Shown here: positions 16,147 through 25,501 of the stretch, piece by piece | Layout: the number at the start of each line of letters is the position of its first letter | How positions within the stretch are numbered: the stretch's first letter is position 1 | Assembly: GCA_026004415.1 (NCBI GenBank) | Contig: BPJC01000003.1 | Span: forward strand, 49,178-113,177 | Direction of reading: 5' to 3' | Length of the DNA stretch: 64,000 nucleotides | DNA from: Patescibacteria group bacterium | GTDB taxonomy: Bacteria; Patescibacteriota; Microgenomatia; UBA1406; GWC2-37-13 | Program-made: the position numbers and the translations under genes | Notes under the pieces: generated by a model | Database searches by the model: none | Told to the model about the DNA's origin: nothing | The model's input: only the letters and a program-made list of their open reading frames with translations

Positions 16147-17811
16147 ATGAAGAAAATTACATGGAGAAAAGATCTTTCTATTATTGATAATCTAACTGAA
16201 GATTTAGTAGTTAAGGAGTTGATCAGACTTAGAGATCTTCAGGATTTGACTGATGAGGAGTTCTATGATACTGATTTGAATACTTTGGGTTTTTCAAATG
16301 AGCTTGCTATTCTTCTTGATTTGTTGTCTTTTGTCAAAAAAAAGAAAAAAAAGATTGTTGTGTATACAGATTATGATGCTGATGGTATTACAGGAGGCGC
16401 TATAATGTGGGAGAGTTTGTATCTTTTAGGGTTTGATGTTATGCCGTATGTGCCAGATCGTAAAACAGAGGGTTATGGTTTTTCTGTTGGAGGCCTTGAT
16501 TATGTTAAAAAGACTTATGATCCTGGTTTGATAATCAGCGTTGATCATGGCATCTCTGCTAGGGAAAAGATAGAGTATGCTAAGACTAAACTTGGAATTC
16601 CTATTGTTGTTACTGATCATCATTTAAAACCAAAGCTGTTGCCAGAATCTGCAGAGGCTATTATTCATATGGATTTTTTATCCGGATCAGGAGTTAGTTT
16701 TTTTACTGCAAAGTCTATTGTAAGGAAATTAGCTAAAAATAATGATAATGAGATAAATAAAAATTTTCAGGTAGATTATACAGTTTTGGCAAGCATTGGC
16801 ACAGTTGCTGATTTGGTTCCTCTTATAGGGTTGTCAAGGCAGTTAGTTAAAAAAGGGTTAGTTAATTTTTCAAAGTCAAATAGAGTGGGTTTGAGACAGT
16901 TGTTGAAAAACGCTGGTATTGATAATAAAAAGATCTCTCCGTATGATATTGGTTTTATTATTGCTCCAAGAATAAATGCCGCTGGAAGGCTTGAGTCTGC
17001 TTTGACTGCTTTGCAATTATTGTGTACAAAAAGTCCGGAAAGAGCATCTGTTTTAGCTTCAAAACTGAGTCAGTTGAACAGTGATCGTCAAGATTTAGTA
17101 GAGGAGTTTTTTAAACAGATAGAGCAAAAATATAGCAGTTTGCCAAAACTGCCAAAGATAATTCTTGAGTACAGCCCTGATTTGCAGGAAGGTATTATTG
17201 GCTTGATAGCTTCAAGGTTAGTTGAAAGATTCAACAGACCTAGTATTGTGTTTACAGATTCTGATGGGTTTATTAAAGCGTCAGCAAGATCTGTTGAAGA
17301 TCTTCATATTACTAATTTTTTGAGAAAGTCTGGAGATTTGCTTGTTGAGGTTGGTGGCCATAAACAAGCCGCAGGACTAAAGGTCTCCAAAGAGAACTTT
17401 GCTGATCTTAAGTTGTTTTTAAATAATTTGGCAGATAAAGAGGTTACTGATAATATGTTAGTAAAAAAGATAACGGCTGATTTTAAAGTCAGGCTAGACC
17501 AGCTTTCTGAAGATCTATATTTTAAACTTTTAAGTCTGGAGCCTTTTGGTGTTGGTAATCCTAAACCTAGTTTTTATTCTAAGGTTAGAGTTGTTTCAGC
17601 TAGACTGTTTGGAAAGAATAATGAGCATACAAAGCTGACTGTTTCCGATGGTTTTGGTCAGATTGATCTGCTGGCTTTTAGAAATGAAAGACTATTTTTT
17701 AAAGTTCATAGAGATGAACAGATACATGTTGTTTTTAATCTTGCTGTAGATAGGTGGAACAATAGAACTTGTCTGAATGGAATGTTGATTGATTACAGTT
17801 TAGCTGGTTAA
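16147..17811 (+). CDS. recJ: Single-stranded-DNA-specific exonuclease RecJ
   Basis: DHH-family motifs YTDYDADGITG, SVDHG and VTDHH, followed by the DHHA1 region; 554 aa. Confidence 0.9.
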   Translation: MKKITWRKDLSIIDNLTEDLVVKELIRLRDLQDLTDEEFYDTDLNTLGFSNELAILLDLLSFVKKKKKKIVVYTDYDADGITGGAIMWESLYLLGFDVMPYVPDRKTEGYGFSVGGLDYVKKTYDPGLIISVDHGISAREKIEYAKTKLGIPIVVTDHHLKPKLLPESAEAIIHMDFLSGSGVSFFTAKSIVRKLAKNNDNEINKNFQVDYTVLASIGTVADLVPLIGLSRQLVKKGLVNFSKSNRVGLRQLLKNAGIDNKKISPYDIGFIIAPRINAAGRLESALTALQLLCTKSPERASVLASKLSQLNSDRQDLVEEFFKQIEQKYSSLPKLPKIILEYSPDLQEGIIGLIASRLVERFNRPSIVFTDSDGFIKASARSVEDLHITNFLRKSGDLLVEVGGHKQAAGLKVSKENFADLKLFLNNLADKEVTDNMLVKKITADFKVRLDQLSEDLYFKLLSLEPFGVGNPKPSFYSKVRVVSARLFGKNNEHTKLTVSDGFGQIDLLAFRNERLFFKVHRDEQIHVVFNLAVDRWNNRTCLNGMLIDYSLAG

Positions 17812-17866
17812 TTTTTTCAAGCTTAATCTTCTTTATTTACACAATCTTTTTGTATATAATTTTTTT

Positions 17867-19858
17867 ATGTCAATAAAATATAATAAGAGTTTTCTTCAGT
17901 TTTTAGTATTGCCTGCTTTATTGGTTTCTATAATTTTTAGTTACTTTGTTGTTGCCAATAATGATTTGTTGTTTCTTTTACCTAAAGCAGAAGGGGATGT
18001 GACCTTTTATAAAGACTCTTCTAACCCTCCTTTCTTGTTTTTTTTCAACTCTTATGACAACAAGGAGTTTATGTGTTTTCAAAGAGAAAACAGGGAAGCA
18101 GGAGAGGTAGATAAGTCTGTTCCTTGGGATGCCTGGTTGATAAATAAAACTGAAAACTGTACTGATACATGGAATTGGTATTTTAATAGGGTTGGTACTA
18201 CTCCTAATCTGCCTGCAGATAAATCCGGTTATGTTAACTTATGTCGAACGCCACAGTATGATCAAACTGTTTGTTTGTCTAAAGTAAGGCCGCAACAGCC
18301 TACTCCTACTCCACAACCTGATACAGATTTAGAGCCTTCACCAACCTTGACTCCAACACCTGTTCCAGCTGATAATCAGGGTTCAAACTCAACTTCAGAC
18401 AATACTTCATCTAATCCAACACCAACTTCTGCGTCGGTAACAAATACTGCTCAGCTTTGTTTTTACAATACAGCAGAGATTTATATTAATTGTTTAAAAA
18501 CTAAAAATAACTGTGTTTTTTCTACTCATATTAAGTTTAACAATGACGATTCAAGTCTAAAAAATACTGGAGATATAAAACTAGAAAGAAGCAATGATGG
18601 AAAATCTTTTAAACATATTGCTGGCCCTAACAAATGGGAGAAAGATTCTTTAAAGTTTAATTATTCTCCTGAATGGACAGGAGGAGATGTTATGCTGAAT
18701 TTAGATAAAGATAATTCAGCAACAATTTATTGGAAAGGCAAATTCAATGGGTGTGTTGGTTCTGAAAATAAAGAAATTGAAGATATGTTAGAATGTGAGT
18801 TTTCTGTTAATGGTGGATTGCCATCTGTTAAGGGCTCTGGTTGTTATGTAAAAGATATCATAGTTGAGCATGAGACTCAAAAGAGTTCTGATTCTAACTC
18901 TGGTACTTCATCTAATTCCAACTCTGGTACTTCATCTAATTCCAACTCTGGTACTTCATCTAATTCCAGCTCTGGTACTGTATCTAATTCTAACTCTGGT
19001 TCTTCATCTGGCTCCAATTCTGGTACTTCATCTAATTCCAGCTCTGGTACTGCATCTAATTCCAACTCTGGTTCTTCACAAGTTGATGATTCAGGGACCT
19101 CTACGAGTAATGACAGTGGTTCAAGTCAAACTGTAAGCTGTCTTGCAAATTGTTTTTCTACAGCTACAGTTGAGACTGCAGTAAGAAGATGTGTAGTTGA
19201 TAATAATAATAATAATTATAGATGTATACCACAAGTAAATTTGTGTTCTAATGTTTCTTGTAGAGGCGAAGATGAAGGCGTTTTGGTGTCTACAAAATAC
19301 TATAAAAACGAGGATTCTTCTGAGGAGTATCTGTTATATAATTCAAGCAATTGTTCTGGTCAGCCTCAAATGTATAGAGATCAAAGAACTTTAGAGGCTA
19401 TCTGTGGAAAAACAAAGAGAAATATAAGAGTTAGCTATGAAGATTACAGACTGGATCTAAACCATGAACCTGGGTTTTCCAAAGATTTAAAATTGGTTTC
19501 AGCTTATATCTTAGTAATACAAGAAAAAAACGGAATTTATTTCCCGATCTCTGATAATATTTATTTATATAAAGATCAGCAAGACTCTAATATATTTGGT
19601 TATCATTTAAAAAATAACTTTAAAACTATTAGTATAGAGATATCAAAATTTTCTTTTTTATTAACGGATAAGTATAGGATAAATCCTGAAAACAACAAAC
19701 TAAACAGTAATAATTTTGTTATTTTAAATCTAGAATTTGATAGAAATATATCAAATGATATGCCCCATACGATATTTATATTAATAGGTCGTTTTGGTTA
19801 TAAAACAAGTTATGTTTTTTCAAATTTATCAGTTGTTGATTTACAAAATTCTAAATAG
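17867..19858 (+). CDS. Hypothetical secreted/cell-surface protein with PT-rich linker and Ser/Asn-rich tandem repeats
   Basis: N-terminal hydrophobic anchor, a PT-rich stretch (QQPTPTPQPDT...) and (SGTSSNSN)n low complexity. Many Cys. No family recognised. Confidence 0.6.
   Translation: MSIKYNKSFLQFLVLPALLVSIIFSYFVVANNDLLFLLPKAEGDVTFYKDSSNPPFLFFFNSYDNKEFMCFQRENREAGEVDKSVPWDAWLINKTENCTDTWNWYFNRVGTTPNLPADKSGYVNLCRTPQYDQTVCLSKVRPQQPTPTPQPDTDLEPSPTLTPTPVPADNQGSNSTSDNTSSNPTPTSASVTNTAQLCFYNTAEIYINCLKTKNNCVFSTHIKFNNDDSSLKNTGDIKLERSNDGKSFKHIAGPNKWEKDSLKFNYSPEWTGGDVMLNLDKDNSATIYWKGKFNGCVGSENKEIEDMLECEFSVNGGLPSVKGSGCYVKDIIVEHETQKSSDSNSGTSSNSNSGTSSNSNSGTSSNSSSGTVSNSNSGSSSGSNSGTSSNSSSGTASNSNSGSSQVDDSGTSTSNDSGSSQTVSCLANCFSTATVETAVRRCVVDNNNNNYRCIPQVNLCSNVSCRGEDEGVLVSTKYYKNEDSSEEYLLYNSSNCSGQPQMYRDQRTLEAICGKTKRNIRVSYEDYRLDLNHEPGFSKDLKLVSAYILVIQEKNGIYFPISDNIYLYKDQQDSNIFGYHLKNNFKTISIEISKFSFLLTDKYRINPENNKLNSNNFVILNLEFDRNISNDMPHTIFILIGRFGYKTSYVFSNLSVVDLQNSK
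18887..19078 (+). repeat. 24-nt (8-codon) in-frame tandem repeat, ~8 copies
   Basis: TCTGGTACTTCATCTAATTCCAAC and close variants are repeated head to tail from 18899. They encode SGTSSNSN units inside ORF 17867..19858. Confidence 0.9.
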
Positions 19859-19871
19859 AATAAAATAAATA

Positions 19872-20240
19872 ATGTTAGGTTTTTCAAATATAATCTCAAA
19901 AAAAACAGGGGTTTTGATTTTAGGTTTAGTTTTAGCTTTAATTATTACTATTTTGTTGACAAACTTTGTTTTTACTCCTTATAGTGGTTCTTTTACACCT
20001 TTAGTTCAGTCATATATAAATAAAGTTTTGAATAAAGATAACTTAAAACCTAAATTAATTAATATTGGTAATGAAGCTAATGCTATTAAAGATGGAGATC
20101 AGATTACTATAGTTGATTATAATTTAGATAAGAGTATTATACATGAGGTTGAGGTGAATGGTAAAAAAATAATTTTAATTGCTCCAAATGATTTTAGTAA
20201 AAATATTGATGGCAATTTGCTTAAAAATTTGATTAAATAA
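19872..20240 (+). CDS. Hypothetical membrane-anchored protein
   Basis: 122-aa ORF with one N-terminal TM helix; no family recognised. Confidence 0.45.
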   Translation: MLGFSNIISKKTGVLILGLVLALIITILLTNFVFTPYSGSFTPLVQSYINKVLNKDNLKPKLINIGNEANAIKDGDQITIVDYNLDKSIIHEVEVNGKKIILIAPNDFSKNIDGNLLKNLIK

Positions 20241-20244
20241 AAAT

Positions 20245-20541
20245 ATGTATATTGGTCCGTTTTATTTTGATACAAAAGAGTTGTTTTTAATTTTGGCGGC
20301 AATTTTTGTGTTTGCCGCTAATTATTTTAGCTGGGATCTTTGGTGGTTTGATTCTTCTGCTTTATTGACAATTTTAATTCTTATTTTGTTGACAAAAGGT
20401 TTATTACCTGCTCTGCATAATGAAAACTTTTTAATTCTTTCTTTGTCAGCGGTCTTTTTAACGATTTATCTAACTGTTTTTCAGGTAATTTTGTTTTATA
20501 TTATAGGGTTTGCTTTATTTAGAATATTTAGAATAATTTAA
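20245..20541 (+). CDS. Hypothetical small multi-pass membrane protein
   Basis: 98-aa ORF with three hydrophobic segments, tightly spaced with its neighbours. Confidence 0.4.
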   Translation: MYIGPFYFDTKELFLILAAIFVFAANYFSWDLWWFDSSALLTILILILLTKGLLPALHNENFLILSLSAVFLTIYLTVFQVILFYIIGFALFRIFRII

Positions 20542-20545
20542 TTAA

Positions 20546-21388
20546 ATGGAATATAATAATACAACATCGGCTCAGGTAAATAACAATCCGTCTAGTAAAA
20601 CTGGTTTTGCAGGTCATATAGTAGAGGAGGTAAGAGTCTTTTCAGGAAAAAAGATAGTAAGAATAGTTATTGGTATTATTGCTGTCTTAATTGCTTTAGG
20701 TGTTGTGTTTTTTGTTTATACAGGAGGTTTTACTCAGGCTGGTGACCAAAAACCAACAGATGTTGTGATTGCCAATATAACAGAAGGATCTGCGCAGATA
20801 ACATGGAAAACCGCAGTTGCTGTACAGGCTGTTGTTGAGTATGGCACTACACCAACAGCTTTAAATTTTTTCGCTCCTGAGACTGAAAAAACTACTGATC
20901 ATAAAGTAGATCTGACTTTATTATCTCCCGAAACAACTTATTATTTCCAGATCCGCGTTGGTGACACGATCTATGATAACGCTGGTGTTCCATGGAGTTT
21001 TACTACAAGATCAAAAACTCAGAACAATAATTCTCAAGCTGTGCCAACACCTACATCTGCAAATTCTAATCAGAATACTAATCAATCCGAAAACACACAG
21101 TCTTCACCTACTGCTACTCCAACTCCTTATCAGAGTTTTAAACTGAACTCAAATGGAAATAAGGTTAATGAGTGTAATTATACAAACTGTGACGATATCA
21201 AAGCTAATTTGGGTAAAGGTTGTAGTTTAAAACAGTATCTTGATTGTAGAAACAAAGAGGTTACGCCTACCAATACTCCTGCTTCAGAGCCAACTCCAAC
21301 TGAAACTCCGACTCCAAGTCCAACTCCCACATCAGCTGAGCCTACTGCAACGCCAAGCCCGAGTTTAACACCAACGCCAACTAGTTAA
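20546..21388 (+). CDS. Hypothetical membrane-anchored protein with fibronectin-III-like domain and PT-rich tail
   Basis: TM anchor, then ITWKTAVAVQAVVEYGTTPTAL...TDHKVDLTLLSPETTYYFQIRVG (FN3-like pattern), then a PTPT-rich C-terminus. Confidence 0.5.
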   Translation: MEYNNTTSAQVNNNPSSKTGFAGHIVEEVRVFSGKKIVRIVIGIIAVLIALGVVFFVYTGGFTQAGDQKPTDVVIANITEGSAQITWKTAVAVQAVVEYGTTPTALNFFAPETEKTTDHKVDLTLLSPETTYYFQIRVGDTIYDNAGVPWSFTTRSKTQNNNSQAVPTPTSANSNQNTNQSENTQSSPTATPTPYQSFKLNSNGNKVNECNYTNCDDIKANLGKGCSLKQYLDCRNKEVTPTNTPASEPTPTETPTPSPTPTSAEPTATPSPSLTPTPTS

Positions 21389-21406
21389 AAGTTAAGTATT
21401 AAATAA

Positions 21407-22027
21407 ATGGTAATAGAAGAAATTAGATCTTTAGCAATACCAGAAGTTAAGATTATAAGATATAAAAGGTTCTCTGACGACCGTGGGTATTTTACAGAGA
21501 CATATCGTCAGTATCAATTTAAAGAAGAGTTTTTAAGAGATTTTCAGATTTATCAAATAAATGAGAGCAAATCAAGAGCAAATGTTGTTAGAGGTTTGCA
21601 TATTCAGTGGAACCCATATATGGGTAAACTGGTTCGGACTCTGTATGGTCATATGGTTGATTTGGTAGTAGATGTTAGAGTTGGTTCACCAACATTTGGG
21701 AAGGGTTTAATGTATGATATGCCAGCTAGATTAGATGAGAATTATGGAGAATGGATCTGGGTTCCAGTTGGTTTTGTTCATGGAAACTATTATTTGCAGG
21801 ATTCTGCCATAGAGTATTTTTGTACTGGCTGGTGGAGTCCAGAGACTGAGGCTGGTGTTAATCCATATGATAAAAATATCGATTGGAGTCTTTCGGACAA
21901 ATCTTTAGTCAAACAATTTTTAAGTTTAAAGAACAAAGCTATAATGTCTGAAAAAGATAGAAATGCAATGAGTTTAACTGATTGGAAAAAATCTTCTGCT
22001 TCAAAACAATTTATTTATCCTCAATAG
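21407..22027 (+). CDS. rfbC: dTDP-4-dehydrorhamnose 3,5-epimerase family (RmlC-like cupin)
   Basis: RFSDDRGYFTETY, RGLHIQ and VPVGFVHG blocks typical of RmlC. Confidence 0.8.
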   Translation: MVIEEIRSLAIPEVKIIRYKRFSDDRGYFTETYRQYQFKEEFLRDFQIYQINESKSRANVVRGLHIQWNPYMGKLVRTLYGHMVDLVVDVRVGSPTFGKGLMYDMPARLDENYGEWIWVPVGFVHGNYYLQDSAIEYFCTGWWSPETEAGVNPYDKNIDWSLSDKSLVKQFLSLKNKAIMSEKDRNAMSLTDWKKSSASKQFIYPQ

Positions 22028-22127
22028 TTTTTGTTTTTAAAAAGTATTAAAATTGGTTAAAAATTTTTAAAGTAAGTTCTACTTTCTAACTTTTCTTGTT
22101 TTTTAATTTATTTTAGTTTTAAATTTG

Positions 22128-22198
22128 CTGCCGGGCTAGGATTCGAACCTAGACTAAACGGTCCAGAGCCGTTTGTGCTACCTTTACACCACCCGGCA
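22128..22198 (-). tRNA. tRNA-Gln (anticodon CUG)
   Basis: Hand-folded cloverleaf. Acceptor UGCCGGG/CCCGGCA with U1:A72, anticodon stem AACGG/CCGTT, loop CTCTGGA, T-arm CTAGG-TTCGAAT-CCTAG. No encoded CCA. Confidence 0.85.
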
Positions 22199-22367
22199 TA
22201 TTTTAGATGATAGTTTCTAAAATAAATCTTTTAAGATTTTCATTATAGCATATACTGTTTATATTTATATAATAAGAATATGAGATGTTTTTTTAAATAT
22301 AAATCTTTGAATTATATATTTCTAAGAAATTATGTTTTCTTATTTTAAAGAAATCAAGAAATAAGAT

Positions 22368-23984
22368 TTATCTATAACAGCTATATCTTGGATCATTGCT
22401 GATTATATCTTTCAACTTAAGTTCATCTGCTTTTTTTAAATCTAGTTCTTTTGGTTTTGGTAATAAAACTCGTTTTTGTACTATAGTTTCACCAAATTTT
22501 TTCTCCTCTATTAATTTTGATCTATGGTCTTCTAAAAACAGCGTTGCTTTAATTGCATAGTCTGGTATGCCTACCTCTGGTTCTAATATTAGAAACTTTA
22601 GTTCTGGTCTTTTGGTATCATAGGGTAAGTAAGATGTGTTGAGGTGTTGGTCTGGTCCAGACCAAAAGGGTAAATAGCCATATCTTTTTTCTCCATAAAA
22701 CTTGTATAAAAACGACCAAGTTGTGTTAATAAACAAAGGATTTGTTACAGCACAGATTGAAAATTCTTTATTATTTGCTTCTTTATATGTATAATCAATT
22801 AGATCTTTTTCATCTTTAAGGGTTATTCTTTGAACCTCTATCACTTTGATATTCTTAAATTCATCATTTTTTATATTTATAAAATTGCTGATCAATATAA
22901 ATATAATCAATGCATATCCTAGAAGTTTGTTTATTTGTATTATAAAGTAAATACCGCCAGCGATAGTTAAAGTCAATACAGGATATATAGGATTATTTAT
23001 AAAATCAAAAGAAACTATTCCTGTTTTGAACATAAATAGTGGAAATGTAGAGAAGAGCCAGAGAATTATAAGTTTATATCTATTTTTATCATTAATTGAT
23101 TTATAGCAAAGTATAAGAAGTATCAAGAAAAAGGCTAGCGCGAGTTTTGGATTTATAAAAAAGAAAGAATTAACTATCGCATTTTCTAATTTGCCTAAAT
23201 AATTAATTACAAAGCTATAAAATTGATTATTTAAATGATTTGATCCACTTGTTAAATAGTTTAATAAAGATTTTATTCCTATAAAGTTCCATTTAATCTC
23301 TGCAATAATAAAATTGCTTGTTAATATAAGAAATAGAAACAATGATTTTTTTAAATCTGATAAATATTTATTTTTATCAAGTTTGAACAAAATATAAATT
23401 AAGGGATAAAATATAATAAGGTATACAAGCATAAAATTAAAGTTTATAGATAAAACTAAACCTAATACGCTAATAAATAGATATTTTGTTTTTTGTTTAT
23501 TAAATAAATAGTATATGAGCCCCAAGAAGAAGATTGTTGCACCTAAAGACATTGGTGCAGCATTTGAAATGAATCTAGCATAATTAAGTTGCGCAAATGA
23601 TATTGACCATAAAAATGATGTTAGTAATGCCGGAAAATCTTTTCTAAAAATAAGCTTTGCAATTAAGTACAATGGTATAATAACAGTCATATTTAACAGA
23701 ACAAATAAAAAAACAGTTATATTAGGGTCAAATTTCGACAAAAAATAAAAGGGTAGTGTCAAATAATAATGTAATGGACCATGGTGTATTCCTATAATAT
23801 CAGTTTCGGGTCCTACTATCTTAATATCTTTATTAGTTATGATTTCAAATACTCTTTGTGCGTCTCTAGCCTGATCATAACTAAAAAAGAAGTTGTCTTT
23901 TAAATTATATAACCTAATTAGCAACCCTAAAAAAAATATTGCTATTAAAAACATTTTGCTTTTTTTGGTAGCAAAGATCCTCAT
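22368..23984 (-). CDS. GT-C fold membrane glycosyltransferase paralog (ArnT/PMT-like)
   Basis: 538 aa, >10 predicted TM segments. The first periplasmic loop has the motif FFSYDQARDAQRVFEI, shared with its neighbours. Confidence 0.6.
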   Translation of the reverse strand: MRIFATKKSKMFLIAIFFLGLLIRLYNLKDNFFFSYDQARDAQRVFEIITNKDIKIVGPETDIIGIHHGPLHYYLTLPFYFLSKFDPNITVFLFVLLNMTVIIPLYLIAKLIFRKDFPALLTSFLWSISFAQLNYARFISNAAPMSLGATIFFLGLIYYLFNKQKTKYLFISVLGLVLSINFNFMLVYLIIFYPLIYILFKLDKNKYLSDLKKSLFLFLILTSNFIIAEIKWNFIGIKSLLNYLTSGSNHLNNQFYSFVINYLGKLENAIVNSFFFINPKLALAFFLILLILCYKSINDKNRYKLIILWLFSTFPLFMFKTGIVSFDFINNPIYPVLTLTIAGGIYFIIQINKLLGYALIIFILISNFINIKNDEFKNIKVIEVQRITLKDEKDLIDYTYKEANNKEFSICAVTNPLFINTTWSFLYKFYGEKRYGYLPFWSGPDQHLNTSYLPYDTKRPELKFLILEPEVGIPDYAIKATLFLEDHRSKLIEEKKFGETIVQKRVLLPKPKELDLKKADELKLKDIISNDPRYSCYR

Positions 23985-23987
23985 AAT

Positions 23988-25481
23988 TTAGTTTTTATTT
24001 TCTATAAACTCAATTGTAACTCCATATTGGTATTCTTTGTTAATTACTTTAGAATTTTTAGGAATATTGTTTTGTCGCCATTCAGTTATTCTGAATTCAT
24101 ATCCTTTAGCCTCGTCTTCAATAATAAAATAACAAGTATTGTTAACAAAGTTTGATTTGGGTTCTGGAGTGTTTAGTTTACGACTGTAATATTTGAATAG
24201 ATAATCCCAAGTATAAGGTATTACTGGTGGAGTATAGATTTTAACACAGAATTCTTTACCTTTGTTTTCATTATATATTTTATTTACAATTGTATCTTGA
24301 ACAAAGAAACCTTGTGGTTTAGATGGATTTTTAATTACATTATAAGATGAAATAAGTCCTGTCGTAAGTATTAATATTAAGCCTGTTTTTATTATTATAT
24401 AACCTGTTTTAGTCTTGGTTTTGCCGATTATATTAATTGCCAATATTATGGAGATAATAAAAAAAAGTTGTATACCTTCATAATAATTAGCCCAGAAGTT
24501 GTCTCTGTAAAAGACAGATAAGGCAAAAAGTAAAAATATTATTAAGTTATTTGCGTAAAATATCTTTGTTTCTATATTCTTGCTTTTTTTTCTTAGTGTT
24601 ATTATAAAGGCACTGGTTATGATCGTTAAAAAAAATATGCTTGTTATAGAATTTAGAAAATCAGGAAATATTGATGTGTAGTAATTTGAAAACTGTGTTA
24701 TTCTTTCTATTGCTGAGTCTAATAATGGCCGTGGATTATGTAACTTTGGATTGATGATAAAATTGATAAATGTTTTCGTCTGAATAAAATTGTTTTTAAT
24801 TTCAAAAGCCAATCTTAAAGATAGTGGAATTATAAGTCCTAATGCTGATAAAATTAGATTCTTTTTATTTAAGAAAACATCTTTTAATCTACCAAACAAA
24901 ATTAGCATTATAATTGTTGCGGGTAGTAAGAAAATTCCAAAAGCAAACTCTGCTTCCCAGACGAATCCAACCGACAAAAAGATAAGAAAATAGAACTTTG
25001 ATTTGTTGGTTGCAAAGAGATTATAAATACTATAGACAAATAATAATATAAAAGGGAATGTTAAAACGCTATTTATAACGAATGTGCTCATAGATATGAA
25101 GTATGGCGAAAAAGCAATGAACGACAAAAAAATTATTGATTCGACTGAACTAAAATTTTTATTTAAAAAATAAAAGAATAACAAAAAAGATAATAACTGT
25201 GATAAAAATAACCAATATGGGAAAGCGATAGGGTTTCCATTAGTTAAAATATAGGGGATTGCTAAAAAATAATACCACCAAGCTCCATGATAAACTCCAG
25301 GAAGGCCTGTTGTGGGACCTATGAATGTTGGGTTTTTATACCTTACCACCTCTTCCACTTTTAAGAAGTCTCGTCCTTGATCATAAGTATAGGGAAAGGT
25401 TTTCTCTTTTATTGTTTTGATTCTGATAATTGAAAATAAAACAATTAAAAAAATTAAGATAATGTGTATTTTTTTAATCAT
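23988..25481 (-). CDS. GT-C fold membrane glycosyltransferase paralog (ArnT/PMT-like)
   Basis: 497 aa, polytopic. Motif PYTYDQGRDFLKVEEV in the same position as the neighbouring paralogs. Confidence 0.6.
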   Translation of the reverse strand: MIKKIHIILIFLIVLFSIIRIKTIKEKTFPYTYDQGRDFLKVEEVVRYKNPTFIGPTTGLPGVYHGAWWYYFLAIPYILTNGNPIAFPYWLFLSQLLSFLLFFYFLNKNFSSVESIIFLSFIAFSPYFISMSTFVINSVLTFPFILLFVYSIYNLFATNKSKFYFLIFLSVGFVWEAEFAFGIFLLPATIIMLILFGRLKDVFLNKKNLILSALGLIIPLSLRLAFEIKNNFIQTKTFINFIINPKLHNPRPLLDSAIERITQFSNYYTSIFPDFLNSITSIFFLTIITSAFIITLRKKSKNIETKIFYANNLIIFLLFALSVFYRDNFWANYYEGIQLFFIISIILAINIIGKTKTKTGYIIIKTGLILILTTGLISSYNVIKNPSKPQGFFVQDTIVNKIYNENKGKEFCVKIYTPPVIPYTWDYLFKYYSRKLNTPEPKSNFVNNTCYFIIEDEAKGYEFRITEWRQNNIPKNSKVINKEYQYGVTIEFIENKN

Positions 25482-25501
25482 ACTTTAATTTTAACTTATT
25501 G

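Noticed and set aside
16337-16352. Possible self-target: spacers 3/5 (reverse complement C-A7-G-A8-TA) match A7-G-A8, 16 contiguous nt, inside recJ (a poly-Lys tract).
   Set aside because: The match is pure homopolymer low complexity and the flanks mismatch (A8 vs C-A7 on one side, GA vs TA on the other). A chance match in an AT-rich genome is likely, so it is not credible evidence of self-targeting.
18864-19136. ORFs 18864..19136 (+) and 18877..19065 (-), which have striking periodic sequences (LHLIPTLV..., ELDEVPEL...).
   Set aside because: They are alternative-frame and antisense readings of the 24-nt tandem repeat inside ORF 17867..19858. Their periodicity is inherited from the repeat.
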